From an uncultured delta proteobacterium (GTDB taxonomy: Bacteria > Chloroflexota > Dehalococcoidia > Dehalococcoidales > BS750m-G39), in assembly GCA_963739245.1 (NCBI GenBank), contig CAVTZP010000005.1, forward strand, positions 153,314 through 217,313: a DNA stretch of 64,000 nucleotides, written 5' to 3'. Positions 17,822 through 27,284 of the stretch are shown in pieces. Under the pieces are notes generated by a model that worked only from the letters and a program-made list of their open reading frames with translations, was not told the DNA's origin and searched no databases. Each line of letters starts with the position of its first letter. Within the stretch, counting starts at the first letter, position 1. Made by a program: the position numbers and the translations under genes.

Positions 17822-19102
17822 ATGGGACTCATCACGAAATGCCCTCTAACCGGTGTTTCCTGCAGCAAGCCTGTAGCAATAGAGGAGAAAACCTTTTTCC
17901 TCGCTGAGGCGGAAGAGCCAGATTACGATAGGCAACGCCGCAAAAAAGCGATACAGGAAGCTATCGCCGATGAATACAAGATACGAAGCGCTCTAGATGA
18001 AAATGGGGTAAATGCTTTCACCTGCCAAATCTGCGAGATGATTCAAACCTGTGCCCGCGGCATAGCTGATATAACACAAAACAATGCTAATGTTCTACTG
18101 GAATTAGGCATGATGCTAGCCCTGGGTAAGCCAACAATAATACTATTGAAAAAGGGACATGAGCCGCAGCTAAGATTACCTTCTGAAGTCGTGGCCACAG
18201 AAATCATGCTCTTCGAAGAGTACTTGGACATAATAGACCAGTTGAGGGAAGTGGTGAAGAAACAACCACCCCCAGTATCACCCCCAAGCCTTATTCCAGA
18301 TTTAGAGAAGACGACACCCCCGTTTACTGATGAGCTGAGGAAGATGGCAGATGACATAGCCAGGGAGTTCAAGGAAAGCGTTGAGGAGGCCAAGCTAGAC
18401 ACGGTAGCACTTAGGGACAAAAAGATTGAAGTTCCCTCTGAGCTCAGCCAAAGAATAGACAATCTGGAAGAGAAGCTAAATGAGATGGTAAAGCTGGGTT
18501 TTACCATAGATGCTAAGACTGCCTTTCTACGGGGTAACTACTATTATAACCAGGGGAAATATAATGAAGCCCTTGCTGACTACAATCGGTCTCTGGAGCT
18601 AAGACCTGATGACCCAGATACCCTCTGCAATCAGGGCACGACCTATGGTGAACTAGGGAGGTATGACAAAGCGCTCGCCGACTACAATCGGGCTTTGGAG
18701 CTAAGACCTGACAATCCAGATACCCTGTGCAATCGGGGCACGATCTATTATAAGCTGGGGATGTATAACGAAGCGCTCGCCGACTACAAACGGGCTTTAG
18801 AGCTGAGACCCCAAGACCCCACCACCCTCTACAATCGGGGCACTACCTATGCCAAGCTAGGGAGGTATGAGGAAGCCCTCGCCGACTACAATCGGTCTCT
18901 GGAGCTAAGGCCTGACCACCAAAGTACATTGTACAATATAGCCTGTCTTCTCTCACTCTGGGGGAAAACCGATGATGCGCTTACTTATCTGGAGAAAGCC
19001 GTCGGCAGAGATGAGAGATATCGTCAGATGGCGAAGATGGATAAAGACTTTGATGGTATTCGGGATGATCTCCGCCTCAAGAAGCTAACGGAATCTGTCT
19101 AA
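17822..19102 (+). CDS. Fusion protein: N-terminal nucleoside 2-deoxyribosyltransferase-like (NDT/TIR-like fold) domain, charged linker, C-terminal TPR array
   Basis: FFLAE...ADITQNNANVLLELGMMLALGKPTIILL matches the D..NpNV.yELG.A.alGKP signature of NDT-like domains. There are five or more 34-aa TPRs (ALADYNRSLELRPD...). Confidence 0.6.
   Translation: MGLITKCPLTGVSCSKPVAIEEKTFFLAEAEEPDYDRQRRKKAIQEAIADEYKIRSALDENGVNAFTCQICEMIQTCARGIADITQNNANVLLELGMMLALGKPTIILLKKGHEPQLRLPSEVVATEIMLFEEYLDIIDQLREVVKKQPPPVSPPSLIPDLEKTTPPFTDELRKMADDIAREFKESVEEAKLDTVALRDKKIEVPSELSQRIDNLEEKLNEMVKLGFTIDAKTAFLRGNYYYNQGKYNEALADYNRSLELRPDDPDTLCNQGTTYGELGRYDKALADYNRALELRPDNPDTLCNRGTIYYKLGMYNEALADYKRALELRPQDPTTLYNRGTTYAKLGRYEEALADYNRSLELRPDHQSTLYNIACLLSLWGKTDDALTYLEKAVGRDERYRQMAKMDKDFDGIRDDLRLKKLTESV
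18569..18976 (+). repeat. Four tandem 102-bp units (TPR-coding) with high nucleotide identity
   Basis: Units start at 18569, 18671, 18773 and 18875, each GC(C/G)CT(T/C)GC(T/C)GACTACAA(T/A)CGG...GAGCT(A/G)AG(A/G)CC. Confidence 0.85.
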
Positions 19103-19119
19103 TTTTTTTGGGGGAAGTG

Positions 19120-19560
19120 ATGAAGGCAAGCGAAGGGAAAATAGGGCGGGTGTTTGTGGTGAGGCTTGAGGACGGCGATGTGGTGCCCACCTGCATTGAG
19201 CGCTTCGCCGCAGAGAAGGGAATATCAGTCGGGCATGTTATTCTGGTGGGGGGAATCGGGAGTGGTGAGGTTGTAGTTGGCCCCCGTGATTCCGCGAAAA
19301 TGCCCCCCGAACCAATGCTCCTCCCCGTTGACGGCGTTCATGAAGTTGTCGGCGTGGGCATAATCGCCCCGGATAAAGATGGCAAGCCCGGCCTCCATAT
19401 CCACGCCTCATTGGGGCGGTCGGGGCAGACTATGACCGGCTGCCTCCGCCCCGGCGTTAAGACCTGGCTGGTGGGGGAAGCCATCATCTACGAGATTTTA
19501 GGGGCTAAAGTCTCCCGCCTCCCCGATAAAGCGAGCGGGTTTAGTTTGATGGAGATGTGA
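19120..19560 (+). CDS. PPC (DUF296) domain protein
   Basis: GRVFVVRLEDGDVV...ILVGGIGSGEVVV...LHIHASLG fits the PPC/PD1-like pattern. The ATG at 19120 is preferred. Confidence 0.65.
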   Translation: MKASEGKIGRVFVVRLEDGDVVPTCIERFAAEKGISVGHVILVGGIGSGEVVVGPRDSAKMPPEPMLLPVDGVHEVVGVGIIAPDKDGKPGLHIHASLGRSGQTMTGCLRPGVKTWLVGEAIIYEILGAKVSRLPDKASGFSLMEM

Positions 19561-19617
19561 GGGGGAAGGAATCAGCCACACAAAAGCTTATAGAACCGAC
19601 AATCCAGGAGACGATAC

Positions 19618-20544
19618 ATGTCCCTTCTAAGAGAAATTCAGAGTGACGCTGTAGATAAGAATGTGGACATCTCCGTGCTCTTACGTAAGTGTAAAATTCT
19701 CGCCGCACGACTTGGAAATGAAGAATTTAAACTATGGGTCGAACGTGAGCTAAACGGCTATACGTCCAAAGAAGATGTGCCAGGCTATCGGATACTAAAG
19801 GCAGAGTCCTATGGGTATTTTGCCGGTATAGCAGGTAGTGCTCTAAAGAACGCACCGATACCTCTTTCATATATATCAGGTATATCAAAGGAATGGAAGG
19901 AGTTTATAACTACTCTTTATCTTATGAATCCCATAAGTTATTTTACTTCCTTCACGAAAAATCGGAGTGGTAATGATGTTCTTAAAATCGATTGGCCTGC
20001 CGACTTAATTGCATATGTTGGAGATAAGATCTATGAGGGCATGAATTGTATGAGTGCTTGGAGAATTATTTCATGCAGCTCGATATTTTCGCTTCTTGAT
20101 ACTGTTAGGAATCGAATTCTTAGTTTTGCTCTGGAAATTGAGGCAGAGGCACCAGATGCAGGAGAGGCTGAACCCAACATCAAGCCCCTAGCTGATGAGC
20201 GAGTGTCCCAAGTATTTAATACCTACATTATGGGAAATGTTGCTAACCTAGCTACTGGTAGCCAAAACGTTGCACAAAGCACCCAAATTACAGTGTTTCA
20301 GAATGACCTTGACAGTTTAAAACAATATTTGGCGTCCCTTGGGATTCATGAACCAGATTTGAAAAAACTTGAACAGGCTATTCACGAGGATGCACAGTCT
20401 GGAGTGAAAGGGGATCTAGGTAGCAAGGTTAAGGCCTGGATGGGGAAAATGATAAATAAGGCTGGAACTAGCACATGGAACGTAGCAGTTTCTGTAGCCG
20501 CTATACTTCTTGCGGAAGCCCTCAAGAAGTATTATGGTCTCTAG
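19618..20544 (+). CDS. AbiTii-like (abortive infection) domain protein
   Basis: The N-terminus LLREIQSDAVDKNVDISVLLRKCKILAARLGNEEFKLWVERELNGY...PGYR resembles the AbiTii domain consensus. The GNVANLATGSQNVAQST stretch is also typical. The gene is AT-richer than its neighbours by eye. Confidence 0.5.
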   Translation: MSLLREIQSDAVDKNVDISVLLRKCKILAARLGNEEFKLWVERELNGYTSKEDVPGYRILKAESYGYFAGIAGSALKNAPIPLSYISGISKEWKEFITTLYLMNPISYFTSFTKNRSGNDVLKIDWPADLIAYVGDKIYEGMNCMSAWRIISCSSIFSLLDTVRNRILSFALEIEAEAPDAGEAEPNIKPLADERVSQVFNTYIMGNVANLATGSQNVAQSTQITVFQNDLDSLKQYLASLGIHEPDLKKLEQAIHEDAQSGVKGDLGSKVKAWMGKMINKAGTSTWNVAVSVAAILLAEALKKYYGL

Positions 20545-20575
20545 TGAGCGACTTAGCCACCCTTAAGGTGAGTCT

Positions 20576-20604
20576 AAGAGAGCCTCGCGCTCTCTTTTTT
20601 ATTT
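20576..20604 (+). terminator. Intrinsic terminator after the AbiTii-like gene
   Basis: AAGAGAGC ctcgc GCTCTCTT followed by TTTTTTATTT. Confidence 0.6.
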
Positions 20605-20721
20605 CCCTCCCCCTCACGGGAGAAATTTCTAAATCCTAATATCTAAACTCTAAACAGGCACGAATTGCGTTGTTTAGTATTTCGGATTTCGTGCTTCGAG
20701 TTTCTGATGAGGGGGTGAGGT
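20605..20721. repeat. Hairpin element copy F: degenerate inverted ends around a CTAAATY-heptad module
   Basis: CCCTCCCCCTCAC at 20605-20617 and GGGGGTGAGGT at 20711-20721. The internal TCTAAATCCTAATATCTAAACTCTAAACA at 20628-20656 is 27/29 identical to 46612-46640. Confidence 0.6.
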
Positions 20722-20764
20722 AGATAAAAAACCCCCTATAAGCTATACTATTAGCAGGATTGCT

Positions 20765-21388
20765 ATGCCCCAGTTTGAAATTATTATAGCCATCATCGCT
20801 ACGCTTTTTGCCGTGGTCGCGGCGGGGGCGGGAGTGTATTTTTTACTCCGCGGGCTGGGCTTTTTCCAGTATCTGGGTGGGAAGAAGAGCAGCTTGAGCG
20901 CAGTGAGCAAAGAAGCGCTGGTGAATAATCTTTTAGCTTTGAACGACTCGGCTAAGCCATATCATATTGCCAGGGGTGAAGATACTGACCTCGTTGCCGA
21001 GTGGAAGTTTGTTGACGCCTCCTGGTATGGCATACTCAGCAAGAGCGGGCTGAAGGGGGCATACCGGATGAACCTTCTACTTGACGAAGCAAGGCGCTCC
21101 GTCCGGTGCTATGAAGAGCTTGGCTCGGTAACCTGGTCAGCCGGCGCCAGCGGGTTAGTTCCCAGCGTTCACTACCAGAAAAGCTTCTTCGGCGGCAGGG
21201 TATTGTACAAAAAGGAGTACGGGAAGGGTTACGGGATAAAGGAGCCGGGAAGCCTTAAATTCGAAAAGGTATATGACTATAAGTTTGATATTAATGACAT
21301 CAGGCAACCAGTGATAGCGGCGGTTGAGGGGAGTGGTTGGGAGTGGGTGCCGGTAACAGCCCGGAGACACGCCGCATACAAGGTATAG
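20765..21388 (+). CDS. Hypothetical protein with an N-terminal TM anchor
   Basis: ORF with an N-terminal hydrophobic segment (IIIAIIATLFAVVAAGAGVYFLL). No recognised domain. Confidence 0.55.
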   Translation: MPQFEIIIAIIATLFAVVAAGAGVYFLLRGLGFFQYLGGKKSSLSAVSKEALVNNLLALNDSAKPYHIARGEDTDLVAEWKFVDASWYGILSKSGLKGAYRMNLLLDEARRSVRCYEELGSVTWSAGASGLVPSVHYQKSFFGGRVLYKKEYGKGYGIKEPGSLKFEKVYDYKFDINDIRQPVIAAVEGSGWEWVPVTARRHAAYKV

Positions 21389-21422
21389 ACTGCCCTATGT
21401 CAAATGTTGAGTTAGGTGGTGG

Positions 21423-21635
21423 TTAACTGCCTTCGTATTTGAAGGAGACCTTTATCTTGGCGCGGTAGCTGATTATCTTCCCCTTATCAATCTGCATATC
21501 CAGCTCTTCAATTTCGGCAATGCGAAGGTCGCGCAGTGACTTCGCCGCCGTCTCCACCGCTATCTTTGCCGCATCCTCCCAGGACTTGGGGCTGGTCCCC
21601 ACTAGTGTGATTATCTTGTAAACGCTGTCTGACAT
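21423..21635 (-). CDS. Dodecin family flavin-binding protein
   Basis: 70 aa, VYKIITLVGTSPKSWEDAAKIAVETAAKSLRDLR...YRAKIKVSF. Confidence 0.8.
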   Translation of the reverse strand: MSDSVYKIITLVGTSPKSWEDAAKIAVETAAKSLRDLRIAEIEELDMQIDKGKIISYRAKIKVSFKYEGS

Positions 21636-21753
21636 GGTTCTCTCCTTTTACTCTTTTAATCAGGTAGATGCTATTTTACAGGGCAAGCTCCCCATAGTCA
21701 ATAGCCCTAAATTGTAACTGCTGTACCGAGAGGCTATACTATTTGTAGAACCT

Positions 21754-23742
21754 ATGCTACAGTTTGAAATAGTCTCCGATTTCAGGATGACCGGCGACCA
21801 GCCCCAGGCGGTGGAGGGGCTGGTGGCGGGCTTAAATAAGGGCTTTAAGCAGCAGACACTGCTCGGCGTTACCGGCAGCGGCAAGACGTTTATCATGGCC
21901 AATGTCATCGCCAGGGTAAACCGGCCGACGCTGGTTATCTGCCATAACAAGACCTTAGCCGCCCAGCTCTACACTGAGTTCAAGGAGTTCTTCCCCAGTA
22001 GCGCCGTGGAGTACTTTGTCAGCTATTACGATTACTACCAGCCGGAAGCCTATGTTCCCCAGACCGATACCTATATTGAGAAGGAAACTGATATAAACGA
22101 GGAGATTGATAAGCTGCGCCACTCCGCCACCCGCTCCCTTTTTGAGCAGCGGGACGTGGTTATTGTGGCTTCGGTGTCCTGCATCTACGGTTTGGGCGAG
22201 CCCGAGGAATACCGCAGCTTTGTTGCTAGCCTTAAGCGGGGCGACAGCTACCGCCGGGAAAAGCTCCTCCGCCAGCTGGTTGATATGCAGTATGAACGCA
22301 ACGACATTGACTTTACCCGGGGCAAGTTCCGTATTCGCGGCGATACTTTGGAGATTCAGCCTGCCTACGAGGAGTTAGCCCTGAGGATTGAGTTTTTGGG
22401 CGATGAGATTGAGCGCATTATCCAGATAGACCCGCTAACCGGCGAGCTACTTAACGAGATGGAAGCGGTGGATTTATACCCGGCAAAGCACTTCGTTACC
22501 TCCCATGAAAAGCTGATGGCGGCTATTGAAAGCATAAAGCAGGAGCTGGAAGAAAGGCTGCAAGAGCTAAAACAGCAGGGCAAGCTACTGGAGGCAGCCA
22601 GGCTTGAAGCCAGAACCAACTATGATATGGAGATGCTCAAGGAAGCGGGGTATTGCACCGGCGTGGAGAACTACTCCCGCCACCTGTCGGGGCGCGCCCC
22701 GGGCAGCCCGCCATGGACACTGCTTGATTATTTCCCCGATGACTTCTTGCTGTTCCTTGACGAGTCGCACATGACCCTGCCCCAGATTCGGGGCATGTAT
22801 CACGGCGACATCTCCCGCAAGCAGACGCTGGTGGACTATGGCTTTCGCCTGCCCTCGGCGCTGGACAATCGCCCATTGAACTTCAACGAGTTTCAGCAGC
22901 GCATTAATCAGGTTATCTATACCTCAGCCACGCCGGCGGAGTATGAGTACGAGCACAGCCAACAGGTGGTGGAGCAATTGGTCCGGCCTACCGGGTTGCT
23001 TGAGCCCACGGTTGAGGTCAAGCCGACCAAGGGGCAGATTGATGACCTCCTCTACCAGATTAAGACCCGGGTAGATAAAGGGGAGCGCTGCCTGGTGACC
23101 ACCCTGACCAAGAGAATGGCTGAGGAACTGGCTGATTACTTGCTGGAGATGGGGGTAAAGACCCATTACCTCCATTCCGAGATTGAGACCCTGGAGAGGG
23201 TGGAGATACTGCGAGACCTTCGTCTTGGGGTTTACGATGTTGTTGTCGGCATAAACCTGCTCCGGGAGGGGCTTGACCTGCCTGAGGTAAGCCTGGTGGC
23301 GATTCTTGACGCCGATAAGGAAGGCTTTTTGAGGTCGGAGGGGGCGTTAATCCAGACCATGGGGCGTGCCGCCCGCCATATCGATGGGCATGTCATCATG
23401 TATGCTGATACCATTACCGGTTCCATGGCTAGAGCTATCGAGGAGACACAACGCCGCCGTGAAATCCAGGAAGCCTATAACCTTGAGCACGGCATTACCC
23501 CGCAGGGGATAAGAAAGGCAATCAAGGACATTACCGAAAGGGTAAAGGTTGTCGCTGAGACCCGGGTTGCCTATGTTGCTGCTCGTCCTACTACCAGAGA
23601 GGATGTCGTCCGTCTGATTAAGGAGCTGAAAGGGCAGATGAAGACTGCCGCCCGAAATCTGGAGTTTGAGAAGGCGGCACTGCTCCGCGACCGAATTATG
23701 GAGCTGAGAAAAGAGTTTGAATACGTGGATATAGAGAGATGA
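21754..23742 (+). CDS. uvrB: Excinuclease ABC subunit B
   Basis: [15 protein letters not shown], helicase motifs and a C-terminal UVR domain ([16 protein letters not shown]). Confidence 0.95.
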   Translation: MLQFEIVSDFRMTGDQPQAVEGLVAGLNKGFKQQTLLGVTGSGKTFIMANVIARVNRPTLVICHNKTLAAQLYTEFKEFFPSSAVEYFVSYYDYYQPEAYVPQTDTYIEKETDINEEIDKLRHSATRSLFEQRDVVIVASVSCIYGLGEPEEYRSFVASLKRGDSYRREKLLRQLVDMQYERNDIDFTRGKFRIRGDTLEIQPAYEELALRIEFLGDEIERIIQIDPLTGELLNEMEAVDLYPAKHFVTSHEKLMAAIESIKQELEERLQELKQQGKLLEAARLEARTNYDMEMLKEAGYCTGVENYSRHLSGRAPGSPPWTLLDYFPDDFLLFLDESHMTLPQIRGMYHGDISRKQTLVDYGFRLPSALDNRPLNFNEFQQRINQVIYTSATPAEYEYEHSQQVVEQLVRPTGLLEPTVEVKPTKGQIDDLLYQIKTRVDKGERCLVTTLTKRMAEELADYLLEMGVKTHYLHSEIETLERVEILRDLRLGVYDVVVGINLLREGLDLPEVSLVAILDADKEGFLRSEGALIQTMGRAARHIDGHVIMYADTITGSMARAIEETQRRREIQEAYNLEHGITPQGIRKAIKDITERVKVVAETRVAYVAARPTTREDVVRLIKELKGQMKTAARNLEFEKAALLRDRIMELRKEFEYVDIER

Positions 23743-23882
23743 GCGAAGAAAAGATAGAAATAAGGCAGGAGCGGCGGGAGAAGAAGCTCAAGAAGAAGCG
23801 GGAGCGAGTGCCTCAGCACGGCAAGGGTCTGGCTAGAATATATAGGGATGCTATCCTCAAGCGGCTAAAACGCTCAAAGTAA
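23739..23882 (+). CDS. Small basic protein (47 aa), below the ORF-track cut-off; translationally coupled to uvrB
   Basis: Its ATG overlaps the uvrB stop (ATGA). Translation: [48 protein letters not shown] diverged second copy of its 3' end at 24717-24768 keeps DAILKRLK with only synonymous changes. Confidence 0.55.
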   Translation: MSEEKIEIRQERREKKLKKKRERVPQHGKGLARIYRDAILKRLKRSK

Positions 23883-23908
23883 GGAGCAATCTTTAGCGGG
23901 ATAAAAAT

Positions 23909-24721
23909 ATGTTAGATTTTTTGTCAAGCCTTCCTCCAATAATACAAGCCCTTCTTGCTGCCTGTTTTACCTGGGCAATGACTGCCGTTGGGGCAGCGGT
24001 AGTATTTGTTGTTACCGATGTAAATAGAAAGCTGTTTGATTTGATGCTGGGTATTGCCAGTGGCATCATGTTGGCGGTTATTTATTGGTCGCTGCTGGCA
24101 CCGGCGATTGGGATGGCCAGAGGCGGTAGCCTTCCTGCCTGGTTTCCGGCGGCGGTGGGTTTTCTTGTGGGCGGTATTTTCCTGTGGGGTATTGATAAGG
24201 TACTGCCCCACATCCACCCCGGCTTTCCTGCCGAGGAGGTTGAGGGTATTAAGACCACCTGGCGGCGCAATACCTTACTTGTTCTGGCTATGGTTTTGCA
24301 TAATATTCCCGAGGGGCTTGCCATCGGGATTGCCTTTGGTGCTGCCGCCGCTGGCTTGCCTTCGGCAACCTTAGCTACAGCCATCGCCCTGGCTATTGGT
24401 ATTGGGATTCAAAATTTCCCAGAGGGGCTTGCCGTCTCTGTGCCTCTTCGTAGTAGCGGGATGTCCCGCTTGAGGAGTTTCTGCTATGGACAGCTATCGG
24501 CGATAGTTGAACCTATTGCCAGTGTTATTGGTGCTGTCGGCGTAATTTTTTTCCGGTCTGCCCTGCCTTATGCTCTAGCCTTCGCTGCCGGGGCGATGGT
24601 CTTCGTCGTAATTGAGGAAATAATCCCGGAGTCTCAACGTAGCGGAAATGTGCATCTAGCCACTATGGGGGCAATGGTCGGTTTTGTCATAATGATGATA
24701 CTTGAGGTCGCCTTCAGCTAG
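23909..24721 (+). CDS. ZIP family (ZupT/GufA-like) divalent metal transporter
   Basis: Eight-TM profile with HNIPEGLAIG and QNFPEGLAVS motifs. Confidence 0.85.
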   Translation: MLDFLSSLPPIIQALLAACFTWAMTAVGAAVVFVVTDVNRKLFDLMLGIASGIMLAVIYWSLLAPAIGMARGGSLPAWFPAAVGFLVGGIFLWGIDKVLPHIHPGFPAEEVEGIKTTWRRNTLLVLAMVLHNIPEGLAIGIAFGAAAAGLPSATLATAIALAIGIGIQNFPEGLAVSVPLRSSGMSRLRSFCYGQLSAIVEPIASVIGAVGVIFFRSALPYALAFAAGAMVFVVIEEIIPESQRSGNVHLATMGAMVGFVIMMILEVAFS

Positions 24722-24768
24722 AATATATTGATGCCATCCTCAAGCGATTAAAGCCCAGCTCTAAGTCA
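24717..24768 (+). pseudogene. Orphan diverged copy of the 3' end of the 47-aa ORF
   Basis: GCTAGAATATAT is shared exactly with 23832-23843. It is followed by GAT GCC ATC CTC AAG CGA TTA AAG, against GAT GCT ATC CTC AAG CGG CTA AAA in the intact gene. Confidence 0.6.
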
Positions 24769-24856
24769 ATAATTTACAATCGCAATTTATAGACAAATCA
24801 AAACTTATGTTATATGCTATTATTAAAGATACGAAGTATCCCGTTTGGGGGCTAAT

Positions 24857-25774
24857 ATGAGACGAAAGGAAATAATACAAGCCGGTCAAAAAATAATTGA
24901 TGCGATTACAAGAAGTGAGATTCTTAAAGGTTTTGAGGAGACGGCGCATAGGGTTTCACCAGAACGAGAAATTTTTAATGCTGATTTAATGTATAAATTG
25001 CATCAGTATTCCCTTCTTGCTTCGGATTACGGGCCTATCGAGAAACAGATTATCGATATCTTGGGGTTAACTGATTTGACTAATCCCCAAAAATGGTCAG
25101 ACGTTGTTTATACCAGAGAGGGTAGCTACGGGGCTATTTTCGTATGGAATAGGTATTTATATTTTGCCGTAAACTATCTTCCGCTATTTCTGGAATTAAT
25201 TAAGCCTGATTATTTAGCTATTACACAAGAAAAGCCGGAGGAACTTCCCGATGAATATAAGGGGAAAGCGCTATTAACTACAATTCTCGTGGAAGATAGT
25301 AAGCATCCAGTCACACTAGAGCGCGTCATGGACCTTCTATCGGGTATATCTTCGCTGTACGAGGCTTCCTCTACAATAATTAAACACCCGGCTGTTCCTC
25401 TGATTATGATTGGCTGTGATTCGGGTAGTGAAAAGGCGTTTGATTTCCTCGGCGCAGAAAAAATCATGCAAATGGTCAAAGAAATTCTTCTTTCACTTTG
25501 GGATAGCATTATGTTCTTCCATGAACGTCAGGTTGCGCAAAAGTTTGAATTGGTTGCCGAATCATTACCTATTATTGAGCAAATTGATGTTTTAGAAGAT
25601 GAAGATAAAATTGGGCATGAAGAGGCGGCGTTGCTTTGTAAAAAGATAGTTGATTCTGTGCAAAAGTTTATTACCTGCGGGGCTTTTATACCAGAAATGC
25701 AGGAGAGAAGTACCTTTGACCCTCATGAGCTTATGATGCCGGAACCGAAACTTCTGGAAGAGGGTCAAAACTGA
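24857..25774 (+). CDS. Hypothetical protein (305 aa from ATG 24857), AT-rich island gene
   Basis: Long ORF with no domain I recognise. Its 3' end overlaps the convergent AlbA_2 gene by 44 nt. Confidence 0.55.
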   Translation: MRRKEIIQAGQKIIDAITRSEILKGFEETAHRVSPEREIFNADLMYKLHQYSLLASDYGPIEKQIIDILGLTDLTNPQKWSDVVYTREGSYGAIFVWNRYLYFAVNYLPLFLELIKPDYLAITQEKPEELPDEYKGKALLTTILVEDSKHPVTLERVMDLLSGISSLYEASSTIIKHPAVPLIMIGCDSGSEKAFDFLGAEKIMQMVKEILLSLWDSIMFFHERQVAQKFELVAESLPIIEQIDVLEDEDKIGHEEAALLCKKIVDSVQKFITCGAFIPEMQERSTFDPHELMMPEPKLLEEGQN

Positions 25775-27284
25775 AAAGAATGAAGAGCAATATATTTCCT
25801 CCGTGTGACTTGCTCTGATTCTGTACCTGACCATCTGTCAATGTTGAGTATATTAACCCTTTACAAAGCATCGATTCTAATACTTTTCTATATTCATCTG
25901 TATCAACGATTTTTAATATATCAATTATTTGTTTAGCCGTCATTAATTTTCCAAGTCTTCCTAATAATAGTATTTTTTGTTCGTCTTTAGACGCATTAAA
26001 AATAGAATAACTACCAAGCCAAGCTTGGTCTCTTTCAGAAAATATTGATTTGCTATACAAGGTAATTTTAAACCCGTTACCTGTTTCCATAAGCTCGGGT
26101 TGAACTAGGTCATATTCCGCCATAGCGCGAAATATACGGGGTATCCCTTCTCCTAACTCTCTCATATAACCAATTTCTCTAAGTACTCTTGCGATATGCG
26201 GATTTCTCGACTCGTGTACGCGCCTTAAAGCTATTAAGTCTGCTAGCTTGATTGTGGACAAAAGTCTACCAGGGCTAATTATTTCAATCCTATCATCAAA
26301 TATGAATATTTCAATCCCTTTACCTTGGACTGAATAATCCCTATGTGCTATCGCGTTTGTTAGTGATTCTCTACACGCAGTCTCTGGATATAGTAGTGTT
26401 TCAGCAAAAATACTGTCTTTACCAAGCTTGGTAACAGCCAAGTTCGGTCTCAAGATGTCCCAACCACTATTAAATAGTTCCATTATGTTTCCTTCTGTAA
26501 ACTCATCCTTCTCAACCTCATACTGTTCCCCTATTGAAGTGCCAACAACACGTATTATCCTTATTTGTGACCTTGGATGCCACCTTGAAATATTTTTGGC
26601 AAAGAGTAGTAATGCTGCTCTTTTCAATTTCATACCTTGTGGTGAGTACTCCGCCAAATGTAGATATTGCAGAAATAGTTCAGGTGACGATCCTGGCATT
26701 ATCTTTTCAGCTAAAGATGCTACTAAATCAATATTTAGGTCACTCACCTCTGCATTAGTCACTAGCTCACGGTCATACTCCATAGCTTTTATTTCTTGTC
26801 TCTGCTTTTGGATTTGCTCTGGAGATACCGGTCTGTTCTCCCTATCTCTTCTCTGTAAACACTTGCCATCACTCGTTAAATGAACATAATCCACGCTTTT
26901 TTGAACAGAGAAATATAATATTTTACTGTCAGGTATACTACTTAAATTTAGTGACCTCACAATAGGATTTATCAGAGGTGTATCCTTATGAACATGTGTA
27001 ACAGGCGCATTTAAAATCGTATCCAGATGTTCTCTTATGTGGGGAACACCAGTAGTATGGCCGTCATCTTCTACTCCTACAAGTAGTTCACCGCCATCTG
27101 CATTAGCAAAAGCGACTAATGTTTCACCAACGTCTCTAGCTATAACTTTTGCCTCTCTCCTTCTAGGACCCTGAGGTTGCTGCTCATAGGCACTCTTAAA
27201 TTCTCTGAAATGGCTTTCACCCAGATTAATTGATTGCTGGATTCTTTTTTGGAGGGTCAATACTATTGATGTGTCACTACCCAT
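25731..27284 (-). CDS. Schlafen/AlbA_2 domain plus HATPase_c_4 (RecG-C-like) ATP-binding protein
   Basis: ESHFREFKS...VGETLVAFANADGGELLVGVEDDG is the AlbA_2 part. ESLTNAIAHRDYS...IEIFIFDDRIEIISPGRL is the HATPase_c_4 part. Confidence 0.75.
   Translation of the reverse strand: MGSDTSIVLTLQKRIQQSINLGESHFREFKSAYEQQPQGPRRREAKVIARDVGETLVAFANADGGELLVGVEDDGHTTGVPHIREHLDTILNAPVTHVHKDTPLINPIVRSLNLSSIPDSKILYFSVQKSVDYVHLTSDGKCLQRRDRENRPVSPEQIQKQRQEIKAMEYDRELVTNAEVSDLNIDLVASLAEKIMPGSSPELFLQYLHLAEYSPQGMKLKRAALLLFAKNISRWHPRSQIRIIRVVGTSIGEQYEVEKDEFTEGNIMELFNSGWDILRPNLAVTKLGKDSIFAETLLYPETACRESLTNAIAHRDYSVQGKGIEIFIFDDRIEIISPGRLLSTIKLADLIALRRVHESRNPHIARVLREIGYMRELGEGIPRIFRAMAEYDLVQPELMETGNGFKITLYSKSIFSERDQAWLGSYSIFNASKDEQKILLLGRLGKLMTAKQIIDILKIVDTDEYRKVLESMLCKGLIYSTLTDGQVQNQSKSHGGNILLFILFSFDPLPEVSVPAS

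Noticed and set aside
17780-20550. Similarity between the ruvA C-terminus (QYFGGK*) and the AbiTii-like C-terminus (KYYGL*), which could be another duplicated 3' end.
   Set aside because: The nucleotide alignment is roughly half identical over about 30 nt. There is no extended homology.
21720-21760. A LexA/Cheo-type SOS box upstream of uvrB (AGAACCTATGCTAC).
   Set aside because: Only the GAAC half-site is present and the GTTC half is missing. No comparable site was seen upstream of uvrC or ruvC.
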